Positions 62,138 to 64,000 of a stretch of 64,000 nucleotides of DNA are shown piece by piece (the first letter of the stretch is position 1; every line of letters begins with the position of its first letter). The stretch covers positions 2,790,001-2,854,000 of the forward strand of contig NW_027191413.1 in the NCBI RefSeq assembly GCF_041146345.1, given 5' to 3'. Under the pieces are notes generated by a model. It was not told where the DNA came from. It did no database searches and saw only the letters and a list, made by a program, of their open reading frames with translations. The stretch comes from Neodothiora populina. Its lineage: Eukaryota. A program made the translations under genes and the position numbers.

Positions 62138-64000
62138 CAGCGATTGATGAAGGCGGAAGGTATCCGCCAAGACTTCTTAGAAATGAGACGACGAAGACTC
62201 TACAGAGTTTGTCCCTGGTTCAGTCGGTGGAATGCTGCAAAATTTCGGCCAGTCTGCAGTCTTGTAAGTAGGAAAAGGCAGGCCGTTCTAATATTTTCGT
62301 TTGTTCGATATGTCGCCAAGGCTGCGAAAAGTCCAGAGGATACGTGAGGTACAGTCCGTTTGATACTTTAGCGATGTCTGCCGATCTGCCGGAATGGCTA
62401 AAAGTAAGAGGAAGATGAAGGGTGATAAACAGAAGAAGGATGGAGGGGTGCTGAAGTCTAGTTGCTGGAACGGGCAAGCCCAATTATTTGTACCACCAAT
62501 GTACGAACTTTCGTAGAGCTTCTGAGAGGAAAAAAAAGGACTATGATGCCACTCGTCTATTCGTGCGGGGAAGAAAAGTCGACTCTCCAGCGGGGCGATG
62601 AGAAAGAAATCAAGGGGATGGATGGAACTGCAGCAGGCCCAGCGCTCGTGCGACTTCCCAGCAATAAGAAGACTAATCTTGGACCATCATCTCATGAATC
62701 ATTCCTACACATTCTGGCGCCATTCGCCATAAATGGACAGGACCACATGCGGTGAGCTGTTGCAATTTTACCTCGAGGGAAGTCACTCTTAGGTAATAGC
62801 CGGTCTCGGGCTCGATCGTCCAGGGTCGCCAAGCCAGAGTCCTCGAACACGTGCTACCTATACCGTCTTGCGACACGATCAGATCGAGAATGTTTTCCTG
62901 GTGACGAATAGCATGGTTTCGTTGTTGCGCACAACACGGGATTGGTTGCTCTTCTGCATACGAAGTGCAGTCGTACTCGAATGTCTAGCATGTAATTGCT
63001 GATTCACTGCGGGGAAGGGTTTACTGCTGCGGCAGGCGCGTAGTGGCTGCATGCAAGGCAAGACGTGTGGCGCAAGGGCACACTTCATATGTTAGGAGTA
63101 TTTAGTTGTGTGCAAAGGACGTCCACGGTTGAATAGACATCAAGGCACTCCAACTGCATGCGGCCCACACTGTGACTGCCTATCTTGGTTACTTGCGAGA
63201 GATACCATTACAGCTGAAAACTCAATGCATTGTCACATACCTTGAAGCTTTCATAATCGTCTCTTGGATATGCTAGTGGAGAATTCATCTAACTTCGGCA
63301 CGACCCTCCGAATCACCCTAATGGAGGGACAACGCTCGCCTTCTACAAGGTACCTACTTGTGCGCAAATTGCAGTGACCGCGTACAACCGGACGTCAACG
63401 TGGCAGAATGTCTTGTGATGCGAACCCTAGATATCGCAGTGCAAGCGAGCGTACTGTACCACGAGACCGTGGCGAGGGTGCGCGACTCTACAGGACGTCC
63501 GTGTGGCAGAGTGTACAGGACAAGTACAGCACTTCCTCCGGGCCGTGGACCATTCGGCTGATCTGCGTATTCTAAGTTACCTCACTTCACACAGATTTGT
63601 CTATCGATTCGTCGCATTCATGCGGGGAGTAAGTTGTGGTTTCGGAGTTCATTCCAACTACAAGATGTAATCAGAAAACTCACTCAGGTATCCACAAACA
63701 GATGGGTCAATCGCCAAATATACTCCACAAGGCACGCGTAAGTATCGTGTTAATAACAAACAGCCATGCTCTCCTGATGTACGTTTGGGTACCCTGCGAA
63801 AAACCCGTGTCCTGCTGTGTTGATCGCTCTAAGGAGGTTGCTTTGTGGAGAACGCGGCACCAAAGTGCCCAAGTGATGGATCTGTAGCCGCACAAGTGAA
63901 TGACCCGTTCCCAGCCCGGCTGCCACCTCGATCAGGTTGTCGTTCAGACGGCACTAAGTATGACGACATACTAAGTCTTTCCGCTCTCATACCTTGCCTT

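Overview
Gene-dense eukaryotic DNA from a filamentous ascomycete (Pezizomycotina; the exact taxon cannot be determined). Introns are short GT-AG type with CTRAC/CTRAY branch points. I reconstructed 22 protein-coding genes by hand, splicing included. Housekeeping and cell-cycle genes: SDH3, CDC23/APC8, ERG20, GID7/WDR26, Sid1-type GC kinase, TIM22, CFIm25, GCP5, a GT15 mannosyltransferase, a Dug3-like amidotransferase and nmrA. Other genes: a Zn2Cys6 transcription factor, a DUF1295 reductase-like protein, an uncharacterised fungal ATP-dependent DNA ligase, an AlkB-family dioxygenase, a GH28 rhamnogalacturonase, a secreted AA1-like+CBM20 protein, a PMP3-type proteolipid and several conserved hypotheticals. 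I found no transposon ORF, canonical tRNA/rRNA or biosynthetic cluster. Best leads: (1) a probable CUG-initiated 112-aa polyproline/NLS-bearing N-terminal extension of GID7 behind ~1 kb of AUG-free leader; (2) the third-family DNA ligase, with an MCB-like inverted-repeat promoter and an overlapping out-of-frame uORF; (3) a structured non-coding zone at 26.2-27.7 kb (12-bp inverted repeat, tRNA-like A/B-box element, four tandem hairpins); (4) a non-catalytic AA1-like+CBM20 secreted protein; (5) a recurrent intergenic AGGTACCT/TACCTTAGGTA palindrome. Family assignments are from motif recognition, not database searches.
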